Below, piece by piece: positions 38,245 through 49,149 of a stretch of DNA of 64,000 nt. Below the pieces are notes generated by a model. It did not search any database and had not been told where the DNA came from. It saw only the letters and a program-made list of their open reading frames with translations. Both the position numbers and the translations under genes were made by a program. The DNA lies in assembly GCA_964036045.1 (NCBI GenBank), contig OZ038378.1:82708001-82772000 (forward strand). Direction: 5' to 3'. How positions within the stretch are numbered: position 1 is the stretch's first letter; each line of letters begins with the position of its first letter. The stretch is from Eutreptiella sp. 'Long Island Sound 2002' (lineage: Eukaryota > Protista > Euglenida).

Positions 38245-38610
38245 AGGGGCTCCGTTAAATCATTGAAGGGTGTATACCCTTCAAGGATTCACCGCATGAG
38301 GCTACGCTAGTGTAGAGGGGCTGCGGTGAATTCTTGAAGGGTGTAGCCCGTCAAGGAGTCACCACATGGGGTCTACACTAGTCTACAGGGGCTGCGGTGA
38401 ATCCTTGAAGGGTATTCACCCTTCAAGGATTCACCGCACGAGGTGTACACCCATCTATAGGGGCCGCGGTGAATCTTTGAAGGGTGTAGACCCTTCAAAT
38501 ATTCACCGAATTGGGTCTACACCCATCTATAGGGGCTGCGGTGAGTCCTTGGAGGGTTTAGACCCCTGAAGGATTCACCGCATGAGGTTTACAGTAGTGT
38601 ACAGATGATG
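38245..38610. repeat. ~71-bp hairpin minisatellite
   Basis: About 5 units of GTAG-ACCCTTCAAGGATTCACCGCA-(~30 nt)-TGCGGTGAATCCTTGAAGGGT. Period 71-72 bp. Confidence 0.85.
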
Positions 38611-38990
38611 CGGTGAATCCTATGGGGACCCATGGGTATCTTTGGAGACCTATGGGGACCTATGGGGGCCTATGGGGGCTTGTTGGCGCCTATGGGGAGC
38701 TAAGGGGACCTTTGGGGAGCTATGGGGACCTTTGGCGACTTATGGAGAACTACGGGGACCTTTGGAGATCTATGGGGACCTTTGGGGCTCTATGTGGTCC
38801 TACGGGGACCTATGCGGTCCTTTGGGGACCTCTAGGAACCCATGGGGACCTGTGGGGACCTATGGCGGCCTATGGGGACCTATTGGGACCTATGGGGGCC
38901 TCTGGGGACCTTTGGGGAGTTTTGGGGACTCTTGGCGACTTATAGGGACCTACATGGGGACATATGAGAACCTATGGGGACTTTATCTAG
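38601..38990. repeat. 10/11-bp G-rich satellite (TATGGGGACC), diverged
   Basis: Same family as 34076-35152. Confidence 0.85.
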
Positions 38991-39147
38991 ATTCTCGTTT
39001 TTCCCGGCTTTGTCGTGTTGGGTTGATCTTCCCCAACCCCTTTATTTTTTTTTCTTGGGTGGCATTTTGCACACCCATTTAGATCCCCCTCCCCCTTCCC
39101 TCAAGCATCAGACCTGTATTCGACGTATCACACATCCTATTGTATAC

Positions 39148-41793
39148 CAAGGGTGAATTGAGTACTGGCCAGGCCACTGGCCAAATGGCAAATAAACGCG
39201 TTTACGCGTTTATTTTTCGAAAAACGGCCTTTTTGGGGGGACAGCCGTTGTTTATCGGCGTTTATTGGTGTTTTTTGACATTCTTGCATATATTGCTGAT
39301 GCCTCTGTACCTTGTGTGACGTAATTTTAGAGCATTTGTGCATTTGTGCATGTTTGAGGGTACCAAAGTTAGAATGTGGTGCAGGGAAGGGTGAATAGTA
39401 TTGTGTGTCGGCAGGCATGGTGCATCATAGCGGGAACATCTAGCATGTGGCTCATGGCATGAATGGACACACGGACACACCATGTACCCTCATTCATGCC
39501 CCGCATTCATGTCATGTGCATGTGTGCATGTGTGTCATTCACATTTTTTATTGTTCCGTATATCCCTTTGTCAGACTCTCTTTCCCTTCGTCATTGTTCT
39601 CATGGGTTATGACGTATGGATGCGCCCTTTTTGCCCGGTTGCGGCTGAGGGTGCGGCCCGGTTGCACTCCCACAGTGTTGCCGAGGCCCTCCGTTTCCTG
39701 CATTCCGAGGCGGGAGGGTCTTTGCGGCACCTCAAGCACACCCAAGTCGCCCGTGTAGCCAAAAGCGACGGCACCCGGGACGGCTATTCCTTCACCTTCA
39801 AGGAGCCAGCGTCCATGGTTGTCGCTAGGCCTGTGCGTCCGCAGCCGGCAACCACACCCACTTTGGCATCATTTGGGCTGACTGCTGTGCGTTGCGCTTG
39901 TTGCGGTGCGAACATATGGGGTGTGCGACACTCTTGCACCGGGTGTAATGCGACTGTCGACGAGGCTTGTATGGCCCGTGTCGGCACCGAGGTACACTGC
40001 CTCACATGCACGTGTCGGGCTTGCATGCGTGCACTAAGCGGCCACTTGGTGCAATGCCGGAAGTGCAACTTTCGGGTGCATGGTGAATGCACCACATATG
40101 GCCTTCACACCCTTTGTAGTGCCGCATGCGCTTCCAGTGGTAGTGCTACAGTGCGCAAGCCGCGCAAGTTCAATCCAAGGTGGCCCTCTTGTCGAGGCCT
40201 TGGCTTCCGTAGGACCCGGTTTGTGTCTTGATGTGGTGCGAGGCTTGTCGCACGCATCCACAAATTGGCTATTCGGTCCCTTTTGTCCAAGGTACCTCGA
40301 ACTGCAAGGAGTTCCCTTTGAAAGAACATGGTAAACCGGGCACCCATTGCGTCTCCCTTGCCTTGTGGAAGACCGGTGGCCGTGTCAACTCGGTGATTCG
40401 TACGTCGCCAACTGAGGTACAAGATGGGATCATGGGTTTGTTTCGCACGGTGTATAGACTCGTGCAATCCTCTGAACCCATGACTAACCTTGAGGGTAAT
40501 TCTGAATTGGTAGCGCTCAATGGGGGCCACATTCGCCCCAGTTATTGCTCCGGCGTCTCAGGTGCTGAGAATTTGAGGTTCATTGTCCACCCCCTCCGTG
40601 CCTCGCAGGGTTCCATTGTGACTGAATGCGAATTTTTCATTATCGCATCCGATTCGTGTACCGACCGTTCATCAAAGAAGGAGGAGCTTTTGTATGTTCG
40701 TACGGTCGTGGATGCACGAATGGTGACCAATTTTTTTTCATGCCAACCCCTCACCGCGGGTAACGCCAATGGCATCGTCACCGCTTTGAAGCGTAGTATG
40801 GCCGCTGCCGGGGTGGATCTTGAAACGTGGTTGCCAAAGATTTTTTTCTATTGTGGCGACGGGGCAAGTGTTGTCCAGGGTGAACATGGTGGGGTGGTAG
40901 CCATCCTTGGGGAGTTGCAGCAACAATTAACAGGGTGTAACGTGATTGTGCCTTACCGTGCGAGTTGCCACAGGTGTGACCTGGCCTTCAAGGCCGCCAT
41001 GCAACTTGACCACGCGTTTTTGGATCTTTTGGCAGATACCTTGCAATCTGTCGCGTCATTGTGGAATAACGCCCCCTCTAGGCTAAAAACCTTGCAAGCT
41101 ATTGCACAGAGTCTTCTGGCAGATGCACAACACGTTGCAAGAGAGAGAGGCAGCGGCTAGCGAATGGCCGCCCGACTTTTAGGCATGCACACTTCCGCTC
41201 GGAATTGGACTGTCAGAGTCTGCAAGTGATTTTTTCAAATTGCTTTATTGCTTGTATACCATGTGCACAATGTCATCTGCTCAATCATTGTTCCACTGTT
41301 TGCAGGTGAAACGTACAAAGTGTGATGGTATGTTTAAAAAATGAACCATCGGGCAATGCGGATGAAAACAGCCTCAAGGAAATAGCTAGCGCAAATGAAC
41401 TTGCAAAAAGCATCAGGTAATAAGCAGTTTCACACTTTTTGACAAAAAACACAAAAAAGCCAAAGAGCAGTGTGTATTTCAAGGCAATGTGGATGAAAAC
41501 AACCGGAAGGACATAGGAAGCGCAAATGAACCGGCAAAAAACATCAGGTAACAAGCATTTTTGACACTTTTTGACAAAAAAACACAAAAAAAACCAAAGA
41601 GCAGTGTGTATTTCAAGGCAATTTGGATGAAAACAACCTCAAGCAGGTAGGAAGTGCAAATGACCTTGCAAAAAGCATCAGTTAATTGGCAAAAATGACA
41701 AAAAAACACAAAATAAACAAGAATAAACATTCAAATCAATACTTTGCTGGCCACTGGCCAAAAACCCTTTGGCCAGTGTTTAATCCACCCTTG
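39148..41793 (+). mobile_element. hAT DNA transposon, internally deleted
   Basis: Perfect 8-bp TSD TTGTATAC (39140-47, 41794-41801). TIR CAAGGGTG(A/G)ATT..ACTGGCC. Subterminal ~125-bp tandem repeats at ~41350-41720. Confidence 0.95.
39602..41160 (+). pseudogene. hAT transposase (ZNF862/DUF4371-like) with N-terminal tandem PHD-like fingers and TTF-type Zn finger
   Basis: Two C4HC3-like units (39893-40129). RKFNPRW..RPWL.*D..LMWCEAC..LKEH..H. Catalytic FFIIASDSCTD and YCGDGASVVQG, and ASCHRCDLA. 1-nt frameshift at ~40188, TAG at 40210. The C-terminal half is missing. Confidence 0.85.
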
Positions 41794-42413
41794 TTGTATA
41801 CACGCCATACACAACATGCCACATGAGACCTCAAACATCAGACTTTGTACACAATCCTAGTGTGCAGCTCATGAGCATTTACCATGACGGCGCCGTTCCG
41901 AGTGTTCGTGACGACACCTGTTGTCCTCTTGCACCGCACAGCCGGTATTGTCAGCCTTGGTTTTCAATTGCCGTTCTTGGCACCCTCCGCGGGGCTGCTT
42001 TCTTGGCGTGCGTGGGGTTGTAACCCATCCTCCTTGCTCATGGATTCCTCCGCAACCCACCCTTCTTGATGTTTGAGTTTCTGAGGACATTTTGGGGCTT
42101 GAGGACGAGGCTCTTTTTCTAGGGATAGGAAAGCGTAGGAAGCTGACTGAATTTTCCGGTTTGTTGTGTTATTGGTTGTATTGAGCGAAAGCCGGTTGCT
42201 CCCCTAGTGATCCACATTAAAGTCAATATGGTTAATTTTACCTTTGAATATATGAACCGGTTCACATGCTAAACCCGCAAATATTAACACCTTAAGGTTC
42301 AATTTTTTTGATTGGGTCATTTGTACTCATGTTTCTATGCACATATGACGACTCATAAGGGGTGTTACGTGGTATATTGTTGCACAACGTTATAGTACAG
42401 ATGTTCCAATGCT

Positions 42414-44365
42414 GTGTTGGTGGGTGTCTTGGACACCCCCCCCTCCGGTTGCCCGCATTCCCCTCCACTCCACACAACCATGTTCCCTTGTACAGCTCTT
42501 GGTATGCCTTTCTCTCGGGACACCCTTACCAAGCTTAGCATGACGGTCGTGCATTTGAGTGGTGCCAAGAGTTTGCGGGACCCCTCGGTCTCCCAACTCC
42601 CTGGTGAGTGGGTGGCTTCCTCCCTTTTGGCCAAGGCCCGTTGGGCCGAGGCTGCGGAGGTTGGCGAGCCCTCCCTCGTTCGCGACAAGCAAAAGGAGGC
42701 GGTGAAGCAATATGCCCCCCTCCTCTTCCCGGCCCCGGACCTCATCGGCTTCCTCATTCACTTGAACGTCCCCAACCTTGGCTTCCGGCACATGTCGGAG
42801 TATCTGAGCCGCCGGGGGTCGGCCTACACGGCCGCATTGGGCCTTCCGTTCCCCAAGCCCATCCCCACTCGGGATACGTTCACGGACACGTGGAAGGAAT
42901 TGGTCACCCCCCTTGACCAATGGCCACCTGTGTCCATCCCCGATCCCCTCGCGAGTGGGCGCTCTTGGCCGCTACTCTCATGGGCCCGGTACGTCCAATC
43001 ACGTCCATCGCTAGTGGACACCATCGATTGGACAAGGCCCCTCACCTTCATTGTGCGTGAGGCTGTGTACCCGTGCGCCGGTGGTAGTTGGACCCAACTC
43101 TCCATTGGGCTCCTCAACCACAGCGCACGGGGCCGCACATCCGCATACTTGTGGGTGATAGGGATGGGGATGTGCGGGGACAAGGACATGGCGGCACTAG
43201 CAACGATATGGGCCGACAACTTGAAGGTTTGTGGCCCATTCGTTGTGTGTTAATTTTTGTGTTAATTTCTCGAGATTAATATCTAGATTTCGGTTAATAA
43301 TAACGCCGATTGAAAAATTAACTTAATATTAATGTCGAGAAATTAATGCAAATATTAATCCATGTCCCTTTTGTAGGTATTGCAGTCCATACAAGATTGC
43401 AAGAAGTTCTACTAAGTGTCGTGCTGGGTGCCAAGCGGGTTGGTCATCGGGGGAGACCAACCCTTCGTGCGGCGCCTCATCGGGGTGTCCACCTCGCCCA
43501 TGGTGGGCTCAATTTATGATATGGGGGTGTGCGACAAGGTTGCGGCAGCTTGGGTCAACGTGGCGACCCGGCGCACATTAGACCGTGAGGAGGCGGCCTG
43601 CCTCCGCTACAAGGTGACCGGCCGTAGCTTGGAGAATGGGGGATGCATAGGGGATCCACACATTGTGGTTGACCGGTGTGTGGTTTTCCTATGCATCCCC
43701 CATTGTTGCATGGCCATCGGCCGGCTCCAAGTTGCGTTCATCGACACACGCCGCGTGGACCTCCGCAAGGAGAACGCCGACACCGTGCTACGGATCCTCT
43801 ACCAGGCCCGCACAGGTTTGCAGCTGGGTGCGTCGGCGGCACCCGACGGGGAGGAGGCCCGTGCGTTGTTCCTCGCGAGGAACTTGGTCCGTTGTTGGAC
43901 TAAGTCCCGGACGATGGTGAATGGGAAGCCGTCGTGGCCATGCGTAATCTCCTCCGGGAGTCGTACACGGACAAGCCGCCCCGCGGGGACTTAGGTGCGG
44001 CCGAGGTGGCGCGCGCCTACCGTGCACCTTGGTGCAAGGAGACGTGCCAATCAATCTACCTCCTCTATTTGGAGGAGGATGTCACCGAGGCCATGGCCAA
44101 CGCACCCCGCTTGGGGGTTCGGTTGGGTGCCGTGTGCGCGGATGTTGTTGAGAGCCTCAAGGCCATCCTTAAGCGCGCATACAATGACCACTCGGGCCGC
44201 GACGGGGAGGGGGGGATGCCGGCGGCAACCCAACCAGAACGGGAGGCGGAGGTAATTTCGCAAGTGTGGGAGTGGTGGCTTTTGAAATTTGACCTCCCGT
44301 TGCGCAACTATGGGACCCCCCCATACCGCCCCATGCTCCATGGCCAAACTCATGCCCACCCGTAG
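42414..44365 (+). pseudogene. RAG1/Transib-like transposase with one intron (43227-43376)
   Basis: VIGGDQPFVRRLIG (D at 43455; cf. RAG1 GYDEKLVREVEG), LCIPHCCMAIGRL, SIYLLYLEEDV, AVCADVVESLKAILKR (E at 44150; cf. RAG1 SEGNESGNK). The first-D region reads IVREAVYP (degenerate). One TAA and one frameshift at ~43878. Confidence 0.55.
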
Positions 44366-44682
44366 CTCGCGGCCCTCCACCCTTGCTTCCCCTCCGCCAG
44401 CTTTACTTTCGCCTTGCCATGGACGTGTCGGCGATGCAAAAGATGTTGTCGGACCAACAATCAAGCCTTGGTGTGTTTTGCTTGTGCACGCTTCCTTGTG
44501 TGTTCGGATTAATATTTGCGGCGAGTTTGTTATTTTTTGCAGATTGATTTTAATAGTCGCGTCCATTAATATTTAATATATTCATGAATTTTTCGGTCAA
44601 TAATTTTAAATTCAAGAAATTAACTCAGGGTTTGAATATTAAAAGAAATTAATTTTGTTTTTCCGCGTGTGTCTCTCCAAAG

Positions 44683-46597
44683 ATGGCCCAAGTTGAGGCA
44701 CGACTGGCAGTAGCAGCTCCCGCACAAGCTCCAGCTGCTCCGCTAGCTCTACCACCAGCCGTGGAGAGTCGCCCGCCGCCCGTGCGCCCATCCGATGAGT
44801 CAAGCAATGACTCATCGGATAGGCGAAAGAAGGAGAAGAAGGAGAAGAAGAAAAAGAAGAGGGAGAAGAGGGAGAGGAGGGAGAGGGTTCGGAGCCAGGG
44901 GCTTGGGGGGGGTACAGGCCAGCCTGAGGGGGGGGGGGGGTTCAGGAAGATGGGGAGGGGGAAGTGGTGGTGGATGAGGGGAACGTGGATGGGGAGGAGG
45001 GGGGGAGTTGAGGTTGTTCACCTCCCGCCATGTGCCCCCCCCCCCTCCCCCAATGGCTCCTCAAAGCCCTGGGCCCCCAGTCCGCTACCCCCCGGAAGGC
45101 GGGGGGCGATCCCCTGGTGAGCCCACGTGCTAGAGCAGGGCTTTGCGGGGGATCAACAGTACCAGGTGCTGCTACAGCACTGGACTCAGTTGGGTTGGGT
45201 CAAGTAGTGGCGGCAAGGCAAGGCCGTCGTGTTCGGGGTGTACCATTTATGATCCGGGGTGTCAGCCCTCGTATGAGGGCCTCATCCCCAAACTCCCGCA
45301 GCGCCAAGGCGGCCTCGGTGGCCGCAAACGTGGCCTAGCCGGCGGGCCAATCGGCCCAAACGGCTAGCGTGGGGGCCCCCATTGAGGCCCCTAACGCAAT
45401 GTCTCACTTTCGAGTTGCCATGGGGGCAGTGCAGGTAGCATGCACCAGTGGTACGTTTGAGGTATGGTGCCTGTTTGTTTCCCTTAAATTTTAGGTCACC
45501 AGCAGCTAGCATTAATTTCTCGAGATTAATATTTGATTTTTGAACTGCCGGTCGAAGTATTAAAAGTTAAAGGTGAATATTAATGTCGATAAATTGAAAA
45601 AGTCTCTAGAAAAATGAATTAACACTTCTTTTGTTTTTTTTCAATGTTTGTAGGTAGCCGACGTTGTGGTCAATGCGACGCATGCCAAGCCCATCCGGGT
45701 GGCGTGGTGAGATGCTAAGGGATCCCAGGAAGTACCCTTGGGGTCCCTCCACCGCAACGTGGACCGAGACCCACCCTTGGGCTTTGCTCTTTTGGGAGGT
45801 CTCCATGACTTGGAGACCTCCAGTGTGGTGAGCGGCGGTTGGGTGACGTCGCGTCACTTCTGGGCCACCGAGTGGGCTCAAATGCAGGAGGTGGGGTTTC
45901 CGGGGGGGGGAGGATGAGGGGTTGTGGGGGAGCATGGGAGGGGGTGGGGTGAGCGACGGGGACGAGGGGGGGGAGTCCACCACCACCGCGCCAACCCCCC
46001 CCCCCCAAGCCAAGCCGCAACGCAAGCCCCCCCCAATCCCCCTCAAAGAAACGAAGGTTCTCCTTGGAGTCCGGGTCGGAGAGTGACGACGCGGCGATCC
46101 CCTATGGCAAAAAGCCCAAACCCCCCGCCCCCACCACCACCGCACGGCCTACGAAGGCCGTCATCGCCCCCATACCCACCAACCCCCCCAAGACCGCCAC
46201 CCCCCCCCCAGACCAAGACCGCCACCCCCAAGGTTGGGGGTGCAACAGCCCAGAAGAAAGACGACCGTCCCGACGATCCGATCCTCCGGACGGTCGCCCA
46301 CGTCCCCTACCCCACCGGTGTAGAGAAGGGCGCCGTCTGTGGTGTCCATGGGCGGAAGGGTTGTGCCGTTGGGGTGGAATCCCCGGGCGGCACCACCCTC
46401 TACGAGGTCGCCCGCCACGTGAGCGGTACCGCGAACGGGCCCGGTCAGGCAAGAAAAAGCTCAAACCCCCCGCCCCCACAAACGAAGAGACTAAACTCCC
46501 GATCCCGAACCCTACAACCGAACCCACCAACCCCGCTGACCCCCCATCCGGACCCACGAAAACATGGGACCCCATTAGGGTGTCCCATGAGGTGTGA
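44683..46597 (+). pseudogene. Second, frameshifted gene inside the Transib-like element (K/E/R-rich, P-rich, unknown)
   Basis: GC-rich ORF segments separated by AT-rich GT-AG introns (44471-44682, 45462-45653). Homopolymer frameshifts. Confidence 0.35.
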
Positions 46598-47029
46598 GGG
46601 CCCTCATAGGGACCAAATGGGCCACCATGGCCATGCACAACATGCATGAACACACACATAATGCATTGCATGTTGTGTTGCGCCATTGTTAGGAGGGTTA
46701 ATATTTGGGGAATAGAGGTAATATTTGTGACATTACTATTAATGCTGGCAAAACATTATTTTTTAACTTTTCAGATATTAGTCGACAAAATAAAAACAAA
46801 AATTACAGCCGAGAGCCATTTGAATATTTTGAAACAACCACATGGGTAGGACCCCCCCACGAACCCGCGGGGGAAATGACACCCAAGCCCGTAAGGCAAC
46901 CCATGGGGATCACAATTTTCACGGATGACCCCCTAACCCCCCTAAAAAATGCAACCTTGAGATTAAAGTGTTATTTTTTGGCCCGGCATTAACTATATTG
47001 GGTTTATTCTAGGTCACTAGGGCATGTAG

Positions 47030-47990
47030 CACGCTCTAAAGCGTTGGGGACCGTGCTGGGCAAGCAGGGTCAGTTAGCCCTAGCCGGTCCCTAAGCTGCA
47101 CAGCGCGGGAGAAAATCAGAACTCGCCCACAAGTGGGCCGGGTGGCCACATAACCCTCGTCGCCTTGGGCCCGGAACTCTTTAGAGCAAGGGACAAAGTC
47201 AGAAGTGGTCCACATGTAGGCCGGGTGGCTACACAAGCCTTCTTGCCTGGAAAGTTTCGTACGTGCGTTCCAAAGTGCGGAACAATATTAGAAGTGGCCC
47301 GCGAGAGCCTCCGGTGGGCTGCATATTTGGCGCTGCTTCGGGAATCCCGAATGCCTCAACGTAGGAAACAAAATTAGAAGTCACCCACAAGTGGGCCTAG
47401 CGGCTCCATCAACACTGCCGCCGGAGGGTCCCCAACGCTTCAAAGTGGGGAGCGAAGTCAGAGGTGGCCCACAAGCAATCCGGTTGGCTACATAACCCCT
47501 GCTGCCTGGGGGCTCCCCAACGCTTCATAACATGGGAGAAAATGAGGATTGGCGTGCAGCTGAGCCGGGTTACTACATAACGTGTGCCGCGTGGGGGTGT
47601 CCCCAACGCTTTAGAGTGGGGACCAAATCAGCAGTGGCCCGCAACTCGGCCGGATGGCTACATATTCGTACGGGCCACGGGGGTTTTCAACACTTCATTG
47701 TGGGGGATGAAATGAGAAGTGGGCCACAAGTTGGCCAAATGGTTGCATAACCCCTAGTGCCTGGCGGGTTCTCCAACGCTTTGCAGCGGGGTACGAAGTA
47801 AAAGGTGGCCCACAAGTTAGGTGGGAGCCTACATAACCCTTACCGCCTCAGGGGTTCCGAAACGCTTCAAAGCGGAGAATGACCTGAGAAGTGGTACATA
47901 AGTGGGCTAGGTGGGTACATAACCCCTGCTGTGTGGAGGGTTCCCCAACACTTCAGAGCGGGGAACAAAAGCAGAAGTAGCCCACCAATA
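47030..47990 (+). repeat. ~84-bp satellite array
   Basis: Same monomer (short reverse piece at the start), followed by the module A junction sequence. Confidence 0.9.
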
Positions 47991-49149
47991 GACTGTAGAG
48001 TGTACAGTGGACACGGTGCGCAGAGCCCAACGCACAATGCCGGCACTCCGCCCGGGTGATACCCAAAACGTGATGGACACCGCGGACGGGAGGCTGCTCC
48101 GGCCTCCCCTAGAATCGTAGCCGACCGCCTTTATGGTTCGGAGGGGATACCTTGTCACCCAGGGATTTGTACGGGCAGTGCTCGCCGACCAATGCTGCCT
48201 CAAACTAGATACACCGGGGGTTCGCTGGGACTGCATCTTGTGCAATCCCTCTGACGTAGCAAGGGGGCGAGAGGAGCTGTGCACTAGCCACCTTAGCCGG
48301 CACCGTCTTGGACCAAATTGTGTTGGTTAGTATTGAGGCAGTTGGTGGTTCTTCTCGCCTGCAAGGTAACGACAAAGGCAGGGGAATATGCAATTAACAT
48401 TCGAAGACGCGAGAATCCAGCATTTCTTCCCCCTCTACAGTGCCTTGTGTTGTGGGTTGCCAAGGACCATTGCCCCCTCCACATGGTTGTCTATTTTTTC
48501 AGAGTTTGCGAATTGAGGAGATGGGGGCCTATTCTCACATCCATGAGTAGGGTTAGAGTTTTATGAGGTTCAAGGAACAGCACTGACCGGCAATACCCGT
48601 TGACAGCTTTGTTACACTTACCCGTAGGTTGGTAGTAGTGGTTGATGATTCATTCTGTTGGGTGGGGGGACCAGCATTGAACAGTACAGAGTAGCCGTAC
48701 TAGTAGTTCACCTCTTTGGTACCGCCATTTTCGAGGTGCTTCTTGTCTTTTTTTAATTTTAGCTAGAGGCGTGCACGCTGTAATTTCTCCCCTATTTATG
48801 TTTGCCTTCTTATACTAATTCAATAGAGGAGGTAGGATAATATGCACTCAGTAGCGTAGCACACACAGAACATCTGTGAGGGCAATACTTTTCTTCCCAG
48901 TAGTTGTTGCTAGTTTTTGAACTTTACTAGGCCGATGCAGCCTAGTGCTTGCAGCTGGCATCAAGTCCGCTGGACACGGTGTGATTTGAAGCAAGCCCTA
49001 AACAACACTGAATAGGGCCAAGGTTTTTTTGCACGTATTGACCATCATTACCGCGCACCCTTTGGGCACATCCGTTTTTGTTTTTGCGTCTACCTTTTTT
49101 TTTCGGCTAGGTGGGAAATGGTGCAATGTGTTGCGAGACGGGCACGTGT

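Larger units (their letters stand above)
37228..41853 (+). mobile_element. Unclassified non-coding minisatellite cassette, copy C2 (hosts the hAT insertion)
   Basis: Starts GTATAGCAACC..CATCAGACATGAGACTTTTATGGAC and ends ACATCAGACTTTGTACACA. Splits module A, whose sequence resumes at ~41870. Confidence 0.65.
42202..47022 (+). mobile_element. Transib/Chapaev-like (RAG1-core-like) DNA transposon
   Basis: About 35-bp imperfect TIR: CCCTAGTGATCCACATTAAAGTCAATATGGTTAAT versus the reverse complement CCCTAGTGACCTAGAATAAACCCAATATAGTTAAT. Contains a transposase-like gene and further GC-rich ORFs. No TSD found. Confidence 0.65.

Noticed and set aside
33541-38610. CRISPR-like appearance of the palindromic arrays
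   Set aside because: The inter-repeat segments are homologous to one another rather than unique spacers. No cas genes, and the context is eukaryotic.
34055-39082. Multi-frame G/W/Y-rich ORFs (MGAYGGLWGP...)
   Set aside because: They are open in all three frames only because the 10/11-bp satellite lacks stop codons. No sign of coding constraint.
42202-42245. Full RSS (heptamer + 12/23 spacer + nonamer) at the Transib-like ends
   Set aside because: Only a heptamer-like start is present. No ACAAAAACC nonamer at either spacing and no 5-bp TSD.
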